Shown here piece after piece: positions 38,701 to 53,005 of a DNA stretch of 63,807 nt (its first letter is position 1; each line of letters starts with the position of its first letter). Below the pieces are notes generated by a model, which saw only the letters and a program-made list of their open reading frames with translations, did no database searches and was not told the origin of the DNA. This DNA comes from Octopus bimaculoides (Eukaryota): positions 81,738,394 through 81,802,200 of the forward strand of contig NC_068981.1 of NCBI RefSeq assembly GCF_001194135.2, written 5' to 3'. Position numbers and translations under genes: made by a program.

Positions 38701-40439
38701 CCTCTTAGAAAGGGGCAAACTGGATTAAAAAAATATCAATGCAGTGCCTGTAAGGTATAACATGATAGGCAGAAGAGGAGAAATAGGTGAGACTGAACTT
38801 AGATGTACTGAGAATTTACTGATACATCACTAACACAGAAACACCCCTAAATAGGATTTCTAAGAGGTATGCTGTCTTATAGGAGTGAGGAAACTATAGT
38901 TGATTACATTAACCCAAACACTTGATTGGTACTTATTCTATGCATGCAGACGAACAAAAGAAAGAACCAACCACAGTGAGGTTCGAACTTCCAATATAAA
39001 ACACAACATAAAATATAATTTGCTCTATTGTTTATACCATCAGCCAATTTTTAATAACTCATTTTTTTTTTGCTTTACAAAAGGCCACAAATCAGTTTTG
39101 GATGTGAGGGTGGTCTTAAAAGTTCAATACTTTTAGTTTGGTGCCCTAACAATATTTTTAGCAATATTTCTAGATTAGACATGAAAAACTGAAATAAAGT
39201 GATATTTATATCTTTTCAACAGGTATTAGTGGATTTAGAGATCTGGGTGTTAAGTGGAAACTGAAAGGTAAGAATGATTACAAGTGGGCAAGTGGTTACT
39301 AGACTTATAAACTAATAGGCAAAAGCAACACAGATTTGACATTGGAGATGACTCAAATATAGAATGAAATGAGCATGTAGGTCAGAAAAAAAAAAAAAAA
39401 ACTAAAACATATTAAACCAGAAGAGTGCACAAAGAGTTACACCACCAATATGATGCCAATGATCACAGAAGATTTTCCAAAACATCTTCAGAGTTGTTAC
39501 TGAACAACTCACTCAACATTGCATTCTATATTAAACTTAATTTTAAACACAATGAAATCTCAAAGTTGTCTACTCTGCCTATAATTTAAATTACTTAAAA
39601 TTTGTTGGCTTATGACACATTTGCAGTAAAAATACATGTCAGACAAAGTTTTAAAGAGAGAATGTAAATCGTATATATGACTGTAATAAACAAGATTTGT
39701 GGATGTACAATTCTCTGTCCTTATTTAAAAATCTCTGCATACTGTATAAAATCCAAAGAAGTGATTTACCCATTTGGCGGAATACCACATGGGTTTTTAA
39801 CTTAAACAATTTCCCATTGTTCCATATAATTTGATGTGGTTAGCCAGAACCTGGATTATCTGCATTATACTAGAGTGTTTGTAAGATACCTACTTGGATT
39901 TCATATTGCTATCCATTCACAGTGTGTTTGTGTATTTATTATTCCAGAGAGTTTTAAGTTCAAAAAGAAGCTATGTCTGACTACTTAGAATAAAGTACTC
40001 AAAGGTAAGTGTGAGAGGAGAAAAATATTTTATCCATAATCATTAGTCTGGCAAAAATATATGTTCCATTTTGCCCACACATCATCAGCAACTTTTTCAG
40101 CCATAAATTAAACAGAATATATATGTGTGAGTGAGTGAGTGTATGTATGTATGTATGTATGTATGTATGTGCACATATATATATATGTGTATAAGTNNNN
40201 NNNNNNNNNNNNNNNNNNNNNNNNNNNNNNNNNNNNNNATATATATGTATTAACACTTATAAAGAAAATGCAATGTTTTATCAACCATGAAGTGATAAGG
40301 GTAAAATCAGATATGCTACATGTCAGACCTTGATGCACAGCTTCAGTTGAGAATGGTGCAGGTAAATGTTTTGTTAGAAAGCCACATGTAATTTCAAATA
40401 CATTAGCGTCACTCTTTCATGCTGACTGTTTCTCTTCTT

Positions 40440-40910
40440 TCAACATTAGGGTTACTTAAGTAGATGGTGGTTAGGAATATCTTCTGCTCTCGAAGGATTA
40501 CTACTACTGGTCTTCAACTGAGTTTTGAACCACTTCTCTGGTGACCAAGGTATAGCTAGTCATATAGAATCCTATGGATGAGATCCAAGTTGGTCACATA
40601 CACTACATGCCTGAGTCTGTTGGTCATTGGAAGAAATCTGTGTGCATAATCCTATCTTGCCAGGTGATTGAAATGATCTGGAAACTCTGTGAGTTGAAGG
40701 CTCTTAATATGCTGGCAGTATGTGATCCATGTTTTGTAACCACACGAGAGAAAGGCAATATAGATTGCTTTGTAAATGAAAGAGTTAGTATGGAGGCCAA
40801 CAAGCATTTGTTAGAAGTACTTTCATTGAACTTTAAAAAGACAGACCTAGCTGAAGCAATGATATTTAGGTATTTGAATTTGAAAGTCATTATTAGCTGT
40901 TGATGTTATA
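40440..40910 (-). mobile_element. Decayed RTE-clade RT C-terminus
   Basis: FKYLNIIASARSVFLKF...KQSILPFS...LRAFNSQSFQIISITWQDRI (ORF 40624-40890). Confidence 0.7.
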
Positions 40911-42149
40911 CAGGATAAAAGAAGAGAAAGGAGGGTGGTGCAGTGTACCACTGATAGATAAACATAGGGATTAGAAACAAATTTATCAAACAGAGAAAAA
41001 TTATTCAGGCAACTGGTTGACAAAATCTCCCTTCGAAATGATAAAAGTCTAAGCTCAACAAACCAAAGAGATTAACCAAACAAAATTTTTGGAAAACAAA
41101 ACAATGCAAATTAACTATATTCTATGAGAAACTTGACCTTCAACATAATTAGTATGCAAAATGCTCTTCAAGGGTATTCTTCTGTAGTCATACAGTATAT
41201 AGACACNNNNNNNNNNAGAGAGGGAGAGTGGAGTTATATGAAAATGCACAGCTTTGGAATGAAGGGTGCTAGGGTCACTATCATAAAGTTATGGGCTCAA
41301 TTCCTGGACAGCATGGCATGTTGTTGAATGAAGCACTTCATTTCAAGATGTACTATTCTCATCAGTTGTAATGAGTATCGTCTACGTACTGTTGCAGGCA
41401 TCTCATAATGGCTCTTTTTTTGAGGCTGTCTCTGTCTGCTTATGACCACATTTTCATTTAAAACAATTAGCAAAAGCAGAGTGCATGTTTTATTCTGTCA
41501 CACTCACTTGTAAGTGGATTTAATAGACAGAAACTGAAAGACACCCGTTGTGTGTGTGTGTGTGTACACCTCCCACAACATGTGTATATATAAGTATATA
41601 CATGTATATATATATATATATATNNNNNNNNNNNNNNNNNNNNNNNNNNNNNNNNNNNNNNNNNNNNNNNNNNNNNNNNNNNNNNNNNNNNNNNNNNNNN
41701 NNNNNNNNNNNNNNNNNNNNNNNTTTATTTCATATTTATTTTATCTTTACATTATTTTATTTTATTTCATATTTATTTTATCTTTACATTATTTCTGCTC
41801 ATATATAAATCAATCTGTATACCTAAAGAAGTAAATTGGAAGGGCACATATACCAGTACAAGTACACATTGATATGCATACCGACATACATACATCTATG
41901 TGTGTGTGTGTATATATATGTTCTTATATGCATGTACAGGGTCACATTATACACATGTACAAACATAGGCATAAATTTTATTTCACTTTTATTTTACTTA
42001 TTTTATTCCACAAACAGAAGTTTTATTTTTCTTTACTTTCTTTTATTCATCATATTAATTTACTCATATATAATATAACCTATCATTCATCATTATTACT
42101 ATCACTGAATTGAAATAAAAAGAATAGTTTTAATGCTTGCATTCATACA

Positions 42150-42710
42150 CATTCTGTCTCAGGTAACCATGGTCATGTGACGCTGACAACTCCATAAAGA
42201 AGTGTCTCTCAAAGTAGATAGAACATGTGGAAGAGGGAGACCCAGGAAAACATGGGACAAAGTACAAGAGAATTACTTCAGAACACTGACCCTTTCAGGC
42301 AAGATGACAAAGGTCCAGTATGCCTGGCACCTTGTTGTACTCAAGAAGACCTATGCTCCCTGAAAGAAGTGTTGTCTGGTCCTCCTGGGGGAGACGATTG
42401 ACATGCAGGATTCCTGTGCCAGTGCCATGTAAAAAGGACTCATGGTGGTGCCATGTGAAAGTGCCCATGTGGTTCCACACAAAAGCATCTGTGCAGTGAC
42501 ACATAAAAGCACCCATGTAGTGCCACTTAGAAGTGTCTGTGCGGTGCAATGTAAAAGCACTTGTACAGTGCTCCGTAAAAGTGCCCATGTGATGCCACAT
42601 AAAAGGAAGAGCAACTAGCCATGGAAACCATGTCAAATCAGACTGGAGCCTGGTGCAGCTCTAGTCAAACTGTCAAACCCATACCAGCATGTACAATGGA
42701 CATTAAATGA
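42150..42710 (+). mobile_element. Old copy of the RTE family 3' end with an approximately 24-bp tandem array in the UTR
   Basis: gtggaagagggagacccaggaaaacatgg resembles RGRPRKTW. About seven aaaagcacccatgtggtgccacat-like units, then the tail. Confidence 0.7.
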
Positions 42711-42732
42711 TATATATATATATATATATATA

Positions 42733-42887
42733 TAGGCATAGGTGTGGTAAGTAGCTTGCTTATCCACCACATGGTTCTGGGTTCAGTCCCACTGCGTGGC
42801 ACTTTGGGCAAGTGTCTTCTACTATAGTCTCGGGCCGACCAAAGCCTTGTGAGTGGATTCGGTAGACGGAAACTGAAAGAAGCTTGT

Positions 42888-42890
<3 letters not shown>
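42733..42890 (+). mobile_element. SINE family B, 5' half
   Basis: Matches 28099-28260, then runs into (TG)n/(TA)n. Confidence 0.85.
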
Positions 42891-42961
<71 letters not shown>

Positions 42962-43070
42962 TATGCATATGTATGTATGCATGTATGTATACATATATAT
43001 ATATGCATATGTGTGCATATATATGTATAAATATGCATATACATATGTATGTATACTTGCATGCTGAACA

Positions 43071-43375
43071 TTAGAAGCATCAGTTGTGGCGTGCAAGAGA
43101 GACGATTGCGCTGGTATGGACATGTGGTGAGAATGGAGGAGGATAGCTGCGTGAAAAAGTGCCACACCCTAACAGTTGAGGGAACCCGTGGAAGAGGTAG
43201 GCCCAGGAAGACCTGGGCTGAGGTGGTGAGGCAAGACCTTCGTACATTGGGCCTCACCGAGGCGATGACTACGGACCGAGACCTTTGGAAATGGGCTGTG
43301 CGTGAGAAGACCCGGCAAGCCAAGTAAGATCGTTGCCAGTGCCCCTGGACTGGTTCTTGTGCGGGTGGCACATGA
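43071..43375 (+). mobile_element. 5'-truncated RTE LINE, same family as 4808-6189, running into an N gap
   Basis: RSISCGVQERRLRWYGHVVRMEEDSCVKKCHTLTVEGTRGRGRPRKTW...TRQAK*. Confidence 0.9.
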
Positions 43376-44553
43376 NNNNNNNNNNNNNNNNNNNNNNNNN
43401 NNNNNNNNNNNNNNNNNNNNNNNNNNNNNNNNNNNNNNNNNNNNNNNNNNNNNNNNNNNNNNNNNNNNNNNNNNNNNNNNNNNNNNNNNNNNNNNNNNNN
43501 NNNNNNNNNNNNNNNNNNNNNNNNNNNNNNNNNNNNNNNNNNNNNNNNNNNNNNNNNNNNNNNNNNNNNNNNNNNNNNNNNNNNNNNNNNNNNNNNNNNN
43601 NNNNNNNNNNNNNNNNNNNNNNATATATACATACATACATACATACATATATCATATATACACTTAATTTTGGGAAAATAGAGATGAATTTTCAAAAGAG
43701 ATTTTCATGTTAATAGGATGGGCTAAGTATTCTAAATTATTTTCAAGGGAAATTGTTATGAGCACATGAAGGAGAGAGTTAAGTATGTATAAATTCTAAG
43801 TATGGGTAAGATAAACAAAACATGCAGTGTTCCACATATCTTTTCCATGTGTTGCTTGTTTATTTTATTTCTGTTTTTAACATCGAATATTTTTATATCT
43901 TATGTGAAGAGACTAGCCTGAAAAAAAAAAAAAACCAATTGGACATAATAAAGGGAAAATTAGAAGAAATTATGCAACATGAAGGAAGACAGCCTATGTA
44001 TTGTGTTTTAATTACATAAACAATTTTAAAACCTTTCCTACCAAAGAAATATCATGTTAAGTGGAGAGTATATGACTTTTGTGTTTTGAATGCTGTCAAA
44101 TCCGGGTGTTCTATGATGTATTAAAAACCTATGATATAAATGATAATACTAATAATTTTGATATCTTATGCACATAGTAGGAGCAGGCCATACTTAAAAT
44201 TTTAACATTCAACTAGTATCTATTATATCAAACCAAGATGGCTGAAAGGCATAACCCACCTGAGTGGTATCAATCAATCAAACAAACAAAACAAAACAAA
44301 ACACACACACACATGTATCTAAATTTAAATACTAAAAACAATTAGCTCAGTGTTCTACAAAATAATTATGATAATATTATGACATTATATGACATTGTAT
44401 TATGACATACATAGAGTCACACATTTTAGTAGAAGGTTTAGACAAATTGACTGTAATAAGATTTGAATACGGGACATAAAGATTCATAAATCAGAATTAA
44501 AAGTATTTTGAAAGACATGCTATTAATGCAAGGCAATATAACAATAAAAATAA

Positions 44554-44923
44554 ATAACAAGCGCACTCAGAGAGTGCAAACCTCCACCAAGGCAATACCA
44601 ACATCCTCTCAATGATTATCCAAAGATGATTTTGAAAGTGAGAATATCTGAAATAAACTTGATGGCTCTCACAAACGAGAATACTAAAAATGAACCTGAC
44701 TGCTCTCAAAAATTGAGTAAAAGAAAAAACAGGAAAAATAATCCAGAATTCTTGTCTGGTACCAGATTGATCCCAAGATCTAATCAGTTCGTGCCAGTCA
44801 CGAGGCCAAACATCCATGAATGTTTCATCCGAATCGATGCAGCGGTTCTTGAGATATCTTGTCCACAGACAACAAACAAACATGACTGAAAACAATACCT
44901 CTGCCTTCGTTAAGGTGGAGATA
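44554..44923. mobile_element. Helentron-associated non-autonomous element (HINE/DINE-1/pearl-like)
   Basis: 5' aacaag...cctccaccaaggc subterminal repeat and 3' hairpin ctctgcctt-cgtt-aaggtggag, with A-rich (TT on the other strand) flanks. Confidence 0.5.
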
Positions 44924-45321
44924 ATAATAACATTCTGCTCAATGCCACAAATTTGCTTGTTAGTTGAGTCACCTTAACCAGTTGGGTATGTCCGTTAGTG
45001 GCTGATAAGTGCATCTCTGATCACGAGCAGTGGGAGAGCACCACAGCTATATGTTGAGAGGAATTCTTTGGAGTTTGAATAATTCACCTCTGGAAACATG
45101 GGTGTTTCATTCAATATACTTAAAGAACCCTTATTCAGGAACCTTTAGAGCAGGATGGGCTGCTTGAGCTGAAGAAAGTTCTAACTCGGCCCCACCTGCA
45201 AGGTCATGTATAATTTATCGTGATAGAATGTCACCAAGTCATTCACATATGGTTGTGATGCATGGGTGTATTAGGCTTTGTATAGTTGTATCCCAGTGTC
45301 ACTTGCATGTGCTGCTCTCTC

Positions 45322-46421
45322 AGTAATAATGATCCTTTCTACTAAAGTCACATGACCTGAAAATTTGGCGGGAGGGGACTAGTTTATTACATTGACTCCA
45401 GTGTTTCACTGGTACTTAATTTATCGACCTTGAAAGGATGAAAGGTAAAGTTGACCTTGGTGGAATTTGAACTCAGAACGTAGTGCCAGGTGAAATACCA
45501 CTAAGCATTTTGTCTAGCATGCTAACAATTCTGCCAGCTCACCTAATAATGATTTTACAGTCCCAAATGATAAGAAAGTCAATATGAGAGGTATAGAGAA
45601 AATGGCAAAGTACCAGGAGCTAACCATTGAATTACAGAGACTATGGAAAGTGCAGGTAAAATGCATCCTTGTAGATACAGGTGCATTAGTAGCTATACCT
45701 AAAAATGTGTACACATGGATAGAGGAAATAGGCATAAAACTTAGTTTAGTGTAGCTCCAGAAAACAATGTTATAAGGGACAGCTAGGAGCATTCTTGGCA
45801 CCTAAGGTTATTTGTGGTTTGATTTTAGGAATTTTTCTTTTCCAACAATTTCATCTTTTGCTTGTATATGAGATAATCCTTTCTATTAGAAATTGAAGGG
45901 GAGGGGGCTAGTCAATTACTTTGACTCCAGTGTGTAACTGGTACTTATTTCATTGACCTTGAAAGGATGAAAGGCAAAGTTGACCTTGGCGGAATTTGAA
46001 CTCAGAATGTAAGGATAAACAAAATGTCACTATTTCACCTGGCATGTTAACATTTCTGCCAGCTCGCCGCCTTAATAATAGTAATAATAATGATAACATT
46101 CCTTTCTACTATAGGAATAAGATCTGAAATTCGGGGGAGGGGGGGCTAGCCGATAACATCAACCCCAGTACTAGTACTTTATCAACCATAAAAGGACGGA
46201 AAGCAAAGCTGACCTTGGTGCTTCTCTGCTATAGGCACAAGACCTGAAATTTTGAGGGGAAGGGCTAGTCAATTACATTGACCCCAGTGCTCAACAGGTA
46301 ATTGTTTTAACAACCCTGAAAAGGGTAAAAGGTAAAATTAACCATGGCTGAATTTGAACTCAGAATGTAAAATTGAAAGGAATGCCAAAAAGCATTTTGT
46401 CCAGCACACTCATGATTCTGC

Positions 46422-46463
<42 letters not shown>

Positions 46464-46675
46464 TTCTATCACAGACACAAGGCCTGAAATTTCGTGGGGA
46501 TGGGCTAGTTGCTTACACTGATCCCAGTGCTCACTAATTAGGTACTTGTTTTATCAACCCTGAAAGAATGAAAGGCAACCTTCACTTGCAGAATTTGAAC
46601 TCAGAACATAAAAACTGAAAGGAATGCCACAAAGAAATTTGTCCAGCATGCTAACAATTCTTCCAGCTTACTGCC

Positions 46676-46730
<55 letters not shown>

Positions 46731-46930
46731 TAATTTCTACTAAAGGCACAAGGCCTAAACTAGTTGGGAGGGGACTAGTCAATTACAGTGACCCCAGTGT
46801 TTCACTGGTACTTAATTTTAGCAACCCCCAAAAGGGTGAAGGGCAAAATCGACCTTAGTGGAATGTGAACTCAGAATGTAGCACAGATGAAATACTGCCA
46901 AGCATTTTGCCCAGTCTGCCTGATTCTGAA
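45322..46930 (-). mobile_element. Head-to-tail array of six SINE family D copies separated by (AAT)n
   Basis: Repeated cctttctact...aaaggatgaaagg...gaatttgaactcag...ctgccagctc units starting near 45325, 45875, 46100, 46222, 46463 and 46733. Confidence 0.9.
45560..45810 (+). mobile_element. R4/Dong-like REL endonuclease C-terminal fragment inside the SINE array
   Basis: VPNDKKVNMRGIEKMAKYQELTIELQRLWKV...GAL...LQKTML*GTARSIL. Confidence 0.75.
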
Positions 46931-47229
46931 GTGAGATATATATAACTGATGATGATGATGGTACTGGACATGATGACTTTATGAGGAGGATCTACATACA
47001 GGTATAGGACAATTTCTGTGGTATGATGGGGGACCGAAGATATTTCTTTTCTTGATGAAGTTTTATCCAGCATATAGCTTTGTAGGCTTGAAATGTAAAT
47101 TATGCCTATAGCTATGAGGCTAGTGCCTCCTTTTTTTTTTTTGCATGTGATCATGCATGTCCTGGATTTAGAATAGCATTCATCACTGTTATTTGTTAAT
47201 GTCTGATCATCATTTCTTGCTCTACCTTT

Positions 47230-48100
47230 TATTTGGCCAGGTGAGATTGTCTATTCTTGTGGAAGAGACATGTTCCACTTAACAAAAGGTTCAACTGCTT
47301 CAAAGCAAATTTTCCTGTAGCTTGTTCCTTTGATGTCATCAAGTGAAGACCAAGATTGGAAGCCTGACATCTGGAATGCTGTAGAACATTCAGAGTTCTC
47401 AACCAGTCAGTTAATGTAGCCAGTGATATACTAGGCTTTGCATTCCATAGAAGATTAGTGGTGCTTGAGAGTGATTTGGGGACACTTTGGATATTGTGGA
47501 AGGTCAAGTGAACACCCTGGAAGACTGTCAGTTTGGGGACTATGTACAAATTTAATAAATCCTTGGAATGGTAGAGCTATTAAGAGCACTGCTACGTCAA
47601 GATAAACTCTACAAACATGATAGCTCTAATAGCTAGACTTCTCTAAGAATCCTGCAGGGTGACCAAAACAATTGTGCATGTACTCATTCACTATCTATAC
47701 ATTGTTGACTGGTTGAGTCATGACAAACAGCTGCTGTTGTACGTAGAAAAATCTCGATATTAACCATGTCCATTGTAAGAATTGCCCAATAGTCTTTCTT
47801 TAACCTGGAAAGGAGGAGAGTTTTTCTGTCTCAGGTAACTATGGTAAAAGAGACCGTATGAGGCACATGATTAAAAGGACTGAGGATAGATGCTTATCAC
47901 TTTGACCAAGCTTATCGATTTTTTCAAGATCCATTTTGAGAGAGAAAAGGAAGAGCTGCCCTCAAGTTGATTTACTGAAAAGTGGATGAAAGTGGTGAGT
48001 ATAACCCTCAATATTAGACTTACTCTCAGCATGTACCTACAGGCTAGAATTCAGAGAGAAGGCTCTGATCAGCAGTCATGGTAACATTGGATCTATAGAG
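47230..48100 (-). mobile_element. Very decayed LINE, probably RTE
   Basis: Weak motif similarity only. Confidence 0.3.
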
Positions 48101-48265
48101 TTCTTTAGTTACCCTAAATGACTGTCTCTCCATTGGATTATTACATTTCATTTTTATACTTGTTTCCCCACATGATTTTTTCCATCATCAATTCTTTATA
48201 AATCACATCATTTTGGAATTTGCGTATGTAATGTCTCCTCATCTATTGCTCATGTGGCAAATAAA

Positions 48266-48302
<37 letters not shown>

Positions 48303-48440
48303 GCTATGTTGAAATTGCCTTAGACAAGGTCTTTGAATTTAGTTCCCTTGTGCTACGTTCTTTACAATAAAATATTTTCTTTCAAGATTTTTCCGTGCAT
48401 TTGCACACACATGCACAGGTGTGTGCATGTTTAATGGCTA

Positions 48441-48486
<46 letters not shown>

Positions 48487-50493
48487 TTCTATTAGAAGTG
48501 AGGTAGATTTGGGAAAAAAGTTGATATATGAAAAGAGACCTGCACAAAATACTTTACAAGTGGAAAAAAAAAGAAGAAAAGAAAAAGGTGTAATGAAGCT
48601 AGTGGTAGAAGCGTGGGTTGTTAACATCTGTAATATTCAAGGCATAGTTGCAAAAACGTAAAAAAAATTTAAAAAATGACATTAAAAATAAAATGAATGA
48701 TTATTCTCTTCACAAAGTTTAAACTATGCTTTGATTTGTTCACACCTAAATCTACAGAAATAATTCATTCTACAACACAAAGGAATTCCACTATTGAAGA
48801 AGAAATAAAAAAAGCTAACAGGTTGTATTAAATTTCATAAATACATCTTTATAAACATTTTAAATATCAGGGGAAAAAAAAAAAATTTTTTTTGATTTTT
48901 GTGTTTTTAGTAGAAACGTAGAGAAACAAAGGGAAAGAAATCTCATGCATTTAGGGGAGACAAAAAATTGCTTCATAGAAATACAAAAGAATGATAGAGA
49001 GAATACAGCAAGTTTGTTTGTATTATGACTTTTTAGTTCTGTTTGACATTAATGTGCATTGTATTAATAGTAAGATTTCAGGGGTGAATTATATATATAT
49101 ATACATACATATGTATGTATATGTGTCTGTACACACACACAAATATATATATATATATATATATATAAGTATATATATAAGGATTTAATGTCAGGATAGA
49201 ATAGTTAAAGTAGAGAGGAAAATGGAAGAGGGGAAAAAACAAAACAAAAAAAAGAACGCATTGGATATCATTAATTCTATAGTGCCAGAAATGAAAAGCG
49301 ATTCAGTTAGGGATTATTATTATTATTATTATTGTCAAAACTATGTAATACTATATGAAATACAGAATAATTTTCTAACAGAAATATATTTCAGTATGAT
49401 ATAAAAGCTATTTGAGTGTATGTAAGTGTGTATAATANNNNNNNNNNTGTGTTTGAGAGTGGATACTGTAATAACAGTAATAAAATCAACAACAATAATA
49501 ATGATAATAATATAATAAAAAAAACAAACAAAACCAATGAATATATAAACAAATGAAAGACATCAAAGGTCGATGTCAGGAAAATTGTGTGTAGAAATAG
49601 AATTTAGTCAAAATACAAGCTGGATAATACTGCATTTTTAATAAAAAAAAAAAAATAAAATAAAAAAAAAAATTTCCCTTTTACTTTCAGTTTTTTTGTA
49701 TTTTTTTTACATATTTAAAAAAATATATATGTATTTATTCTTTTTTAACTGACTACATTAAGGAAAGACATAACCTATATATTTTCAACATGCTGCGCAA
49801 CTTTCAGAAAAAAAAAAAAAAACTTACAGAGGCTATATAATAAAACATTGCCAACATAATCAGAGATGAAACAAATACACACACACACACATATATATAT
49901 ACATACATATATATATATAAAAGAGTAAAATATTAAAAAAAATTAAGGAAAGGGAAAAAAACTGCATAGATTTGTTTCACTGTTTTTTGTTTTCTACCCT
50001 CAAGTGGAAAAAAAAAATTGTGGCAATTTTATGGTGCTACATTAACTATTTGATTTTAGAATTGTTCAAACACTTAGGTGGTGGTGATGTTGGGGAGAGA
50101 GTGATTATATATTTGTTTATATATATATATATATATATAAACACACACACACACACACACTCATTTTTATTCCTCCCAGTTAACTCCTAATCTTTGAACA
50201 GACACCTTTCTGATGTTTTTACATTACATACACACCGTAGTGAGAGAAGATAAAAAAAAAAAAACAAAGAGTGAGAGAGAGAGAGATTGTGTGTATGTGT
50301 ATAATGCATTTTTGTGTGTGCGTGTGTGTGTGCATGCACATGCACATATGTATATATGAAGAAACTGTTTCACTTTGCATATGCAACATATCCTTATATA
50401 AAAGATGTAGATGCACAACACACAAAATATAGAAAGACAAACGCACACACACACATACAAATATATGTATATACATATATGCATACATGTTTG

Positions 50494-50538
<45 letters not shown>

Positions 50539-51208
50539 ATACATATATAAACATGTATATACATACATATACACATATATATATATATACATANNNNNNN
50601 NNNNNNNNNNNNNNNNNNNNNNNNNNNNNNNNNNNNNNNNNNNNNNNNNNNNNNNNNNNNNNNNNNNNNNNNNNNNNNNNNNNNNNNNNNNNNNNNNNNN
50701 NNNNNNNNNNNNNNNNNNNNNNNNNNNNNNNNNNNNNNNNNNNNNNNNNNNNNNNNNNNNNNNNNNNNNNNNNNNNNNNNNNNNNNNNNNNNNNNNNNNN
50801 NNNNNNNNNNNNNNNNNNNNNNNNNNNNNNNNNNNNNNNNNNNNNNNNNNNNNNNNNNNNNNNNNNNNNNNNNNNNNNNNNNNNNNNNNNNNNNNNNNNN
50901 NNNNNNNNNNNNNNNNNNNNNNNNNNNNNNNNNNNNNNNNNNNNNNNNNNNNNNNNNNNNNNNNNNNNNNNNNNNNNNNNNNNNNNNNNNNNNNNNNNNN
51001 NNNNNNNNNNNNNNNNNNNNNNNNNNNNNNNNNNNNNNNNNNNNNNNNNNNNNNNNNNNNNNNNNNNNNNNNNNNNNNNNNNNNNNNNNNNNNNNNNNNN
51101 NNNNNNNNNNNNNNNNNNNNNNNNNNNNNNNNNNNNNNNNNNNNNNNNNNNNNNNNNNNNNNNNNNNNNNNNNNNNNNNNNNNNNNNNNNNNNNNNNNNN
51201 NNNNNNNN

Positions 51209-51253
<45 letters not shown>

Positions 51254-51509
51254 AAAGAAAAGTTTTGCAGCATTATTCCAGGCAAGTTCCAGATAGAGAG
51301 ATGTAAGTTCCAAGCAAGTTGAAACCCAACATATTGGTTTTAAATTCTTTGTTGAGGATGCAAAACTACTCAAGGTATTTATGCCCTGAAGAGAGTGAGA
51401 GAGATGAATGAATACAATAGCTAACTTACTACTACTTCTAAAACATAAGACCTATGTGACAAGGAGAACAAAAAACCCAAACAATTAATTTTAAAAAAAG
51501 TACTATAAA

Positions 51510-51945
51510 CATAAGGCCTGAAATTTTAAGAGAGGGGTTTAGTTACTTTGACCTCAGTGTTTGACTGGTATCTATTTTGTCAATGATAAAAGAATAAAAG
51601 ACGAAGTCAATCTCAGTAGAATTTGAACACAGAACTTACAGACAGATGAAACACTACTTAGCATGTTGTCCAGCATGTTATCAATTTTGCCAGCTTGTTG
51701 CCTTAAAACAAAATGAAATTAATAATGGTTTCAAATTTTGGCACAAGGTCAGCATGTTTGGGGAAGGGGTAAGTCGATCATATCGACCCCAGTATTCAAC
51801 TGGTACTTAATTTATTGATCCCAAAAAGGTGAAAAGTGAAGTTGACTTCAGCAGAATTTGAACTCAGAATATAATGATGGACAAAATGCTACTAAGCATG
51901 CAATGATTCTGCCCGCTTGTTGCCTTAAAACAAAATGAAATCAAT
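51510..51945 (-). mobile_element. Two tandem SINE family D-type copies
   Basis: Same body as 45322-46930. Both end in gcttgttgccttaaaacaaaatgaaat. Confidence 0.8.
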
Positions 51946-52804
51946 AATAAAGTTGAATGGTTACATAAAGAGTAGAGCAGACTCAATACCTTCGTCATAG
52001 TTAGTTCATTTACTTATGAGCAATAAAGCAACTGAGTGGACATGGCATTGATTGACCAGTTCATAAGTTTTCTACTCAAATCCACTGCAGGTATTTAGTT
52101 GTGCATCTAGTTAGCATTACTTAATTTTACATTGTCTCGAATTAACTTGCTACCAAGCAAATAATCTAGTAAGACTGGCACTTTATTTAGGAAGAAATTT
52201 CTTGCGCCTCTGTTTCATGCCATGAAGTTTTAAAAGACAAATACTAATCATTAAATGTTTCTTGGAGGAAATGACATTTTATTTCTTATCCATGATTTTG
52301 TGTTGAAATCCTACTCTGGAAGACTTGGACCTTAATCCTAAAGAGTTGACAAAGAATTAAACACAACTATACTAGAAAAATTTGATCTTACATCTACACT
52401 CTACAGAAATCAAAATCAATAGTTTTGCACAAACTGATGTATAAAGCAACCAAATTAGAAGTAACATCATCTATTTCTTTATTTTTTTGTGACCTCAACA
52501 GCCTTCACCAAATAAATATTTAAAATCACTCGAATGGAGTGTCACAGTATATGAAATGGCAAGGACCCAGTCTCTCATCCGAGTTGTTAAAAGCAAAAAT
52601 AAATCTCCATCTATTACTGCTTTGTCGTGAAATGGTTCAGCTGATAGAAAATTAATCTTCCACCTTACAGATCATAACTTCAAATACATTGCAAATATTT
52701 GGTTACCTATTTTGGCTGTACATGTTATTGCTCATACCTCTAATATCTGGGTAGAATGTATTGGGAAATTGTCAAATGTCAATACAAGTCAGAAGTTATT
52801 ATTA

Positions 52805-53005
52805 CCAGACTGGCCTTCATGCGGGTGACATGTAAAAGCACCCACTACACTCTCTGAGTGGTTGGCGTTAGAAAGGGCATCCAGCTGTAGAAACTCTGCC
52901 AAATCAGATTGGAGGCTGGTGTTGCCATCCGGTTTCACCAGTCCTCAGTCAAATCGTCCAACCCATGCTAGCATGGAAAGCGGACGTTAAATGATGATGA
53001 TGATC
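52805..53005 (+). mobile_element. RTE-family 3' tail copy with a (GAT)n end
   Basis: Near-identical to 5990-6189. Confidence 0.9.

Noticed and set aside
45322-46930. Repeat-spacer appearance of the SINE arrays as a CRISPR-like or novel array system
   Set aside because: The units are about 200-bp diverged SINEs with Pol III boxes, and the spacers are simple AAT tails.
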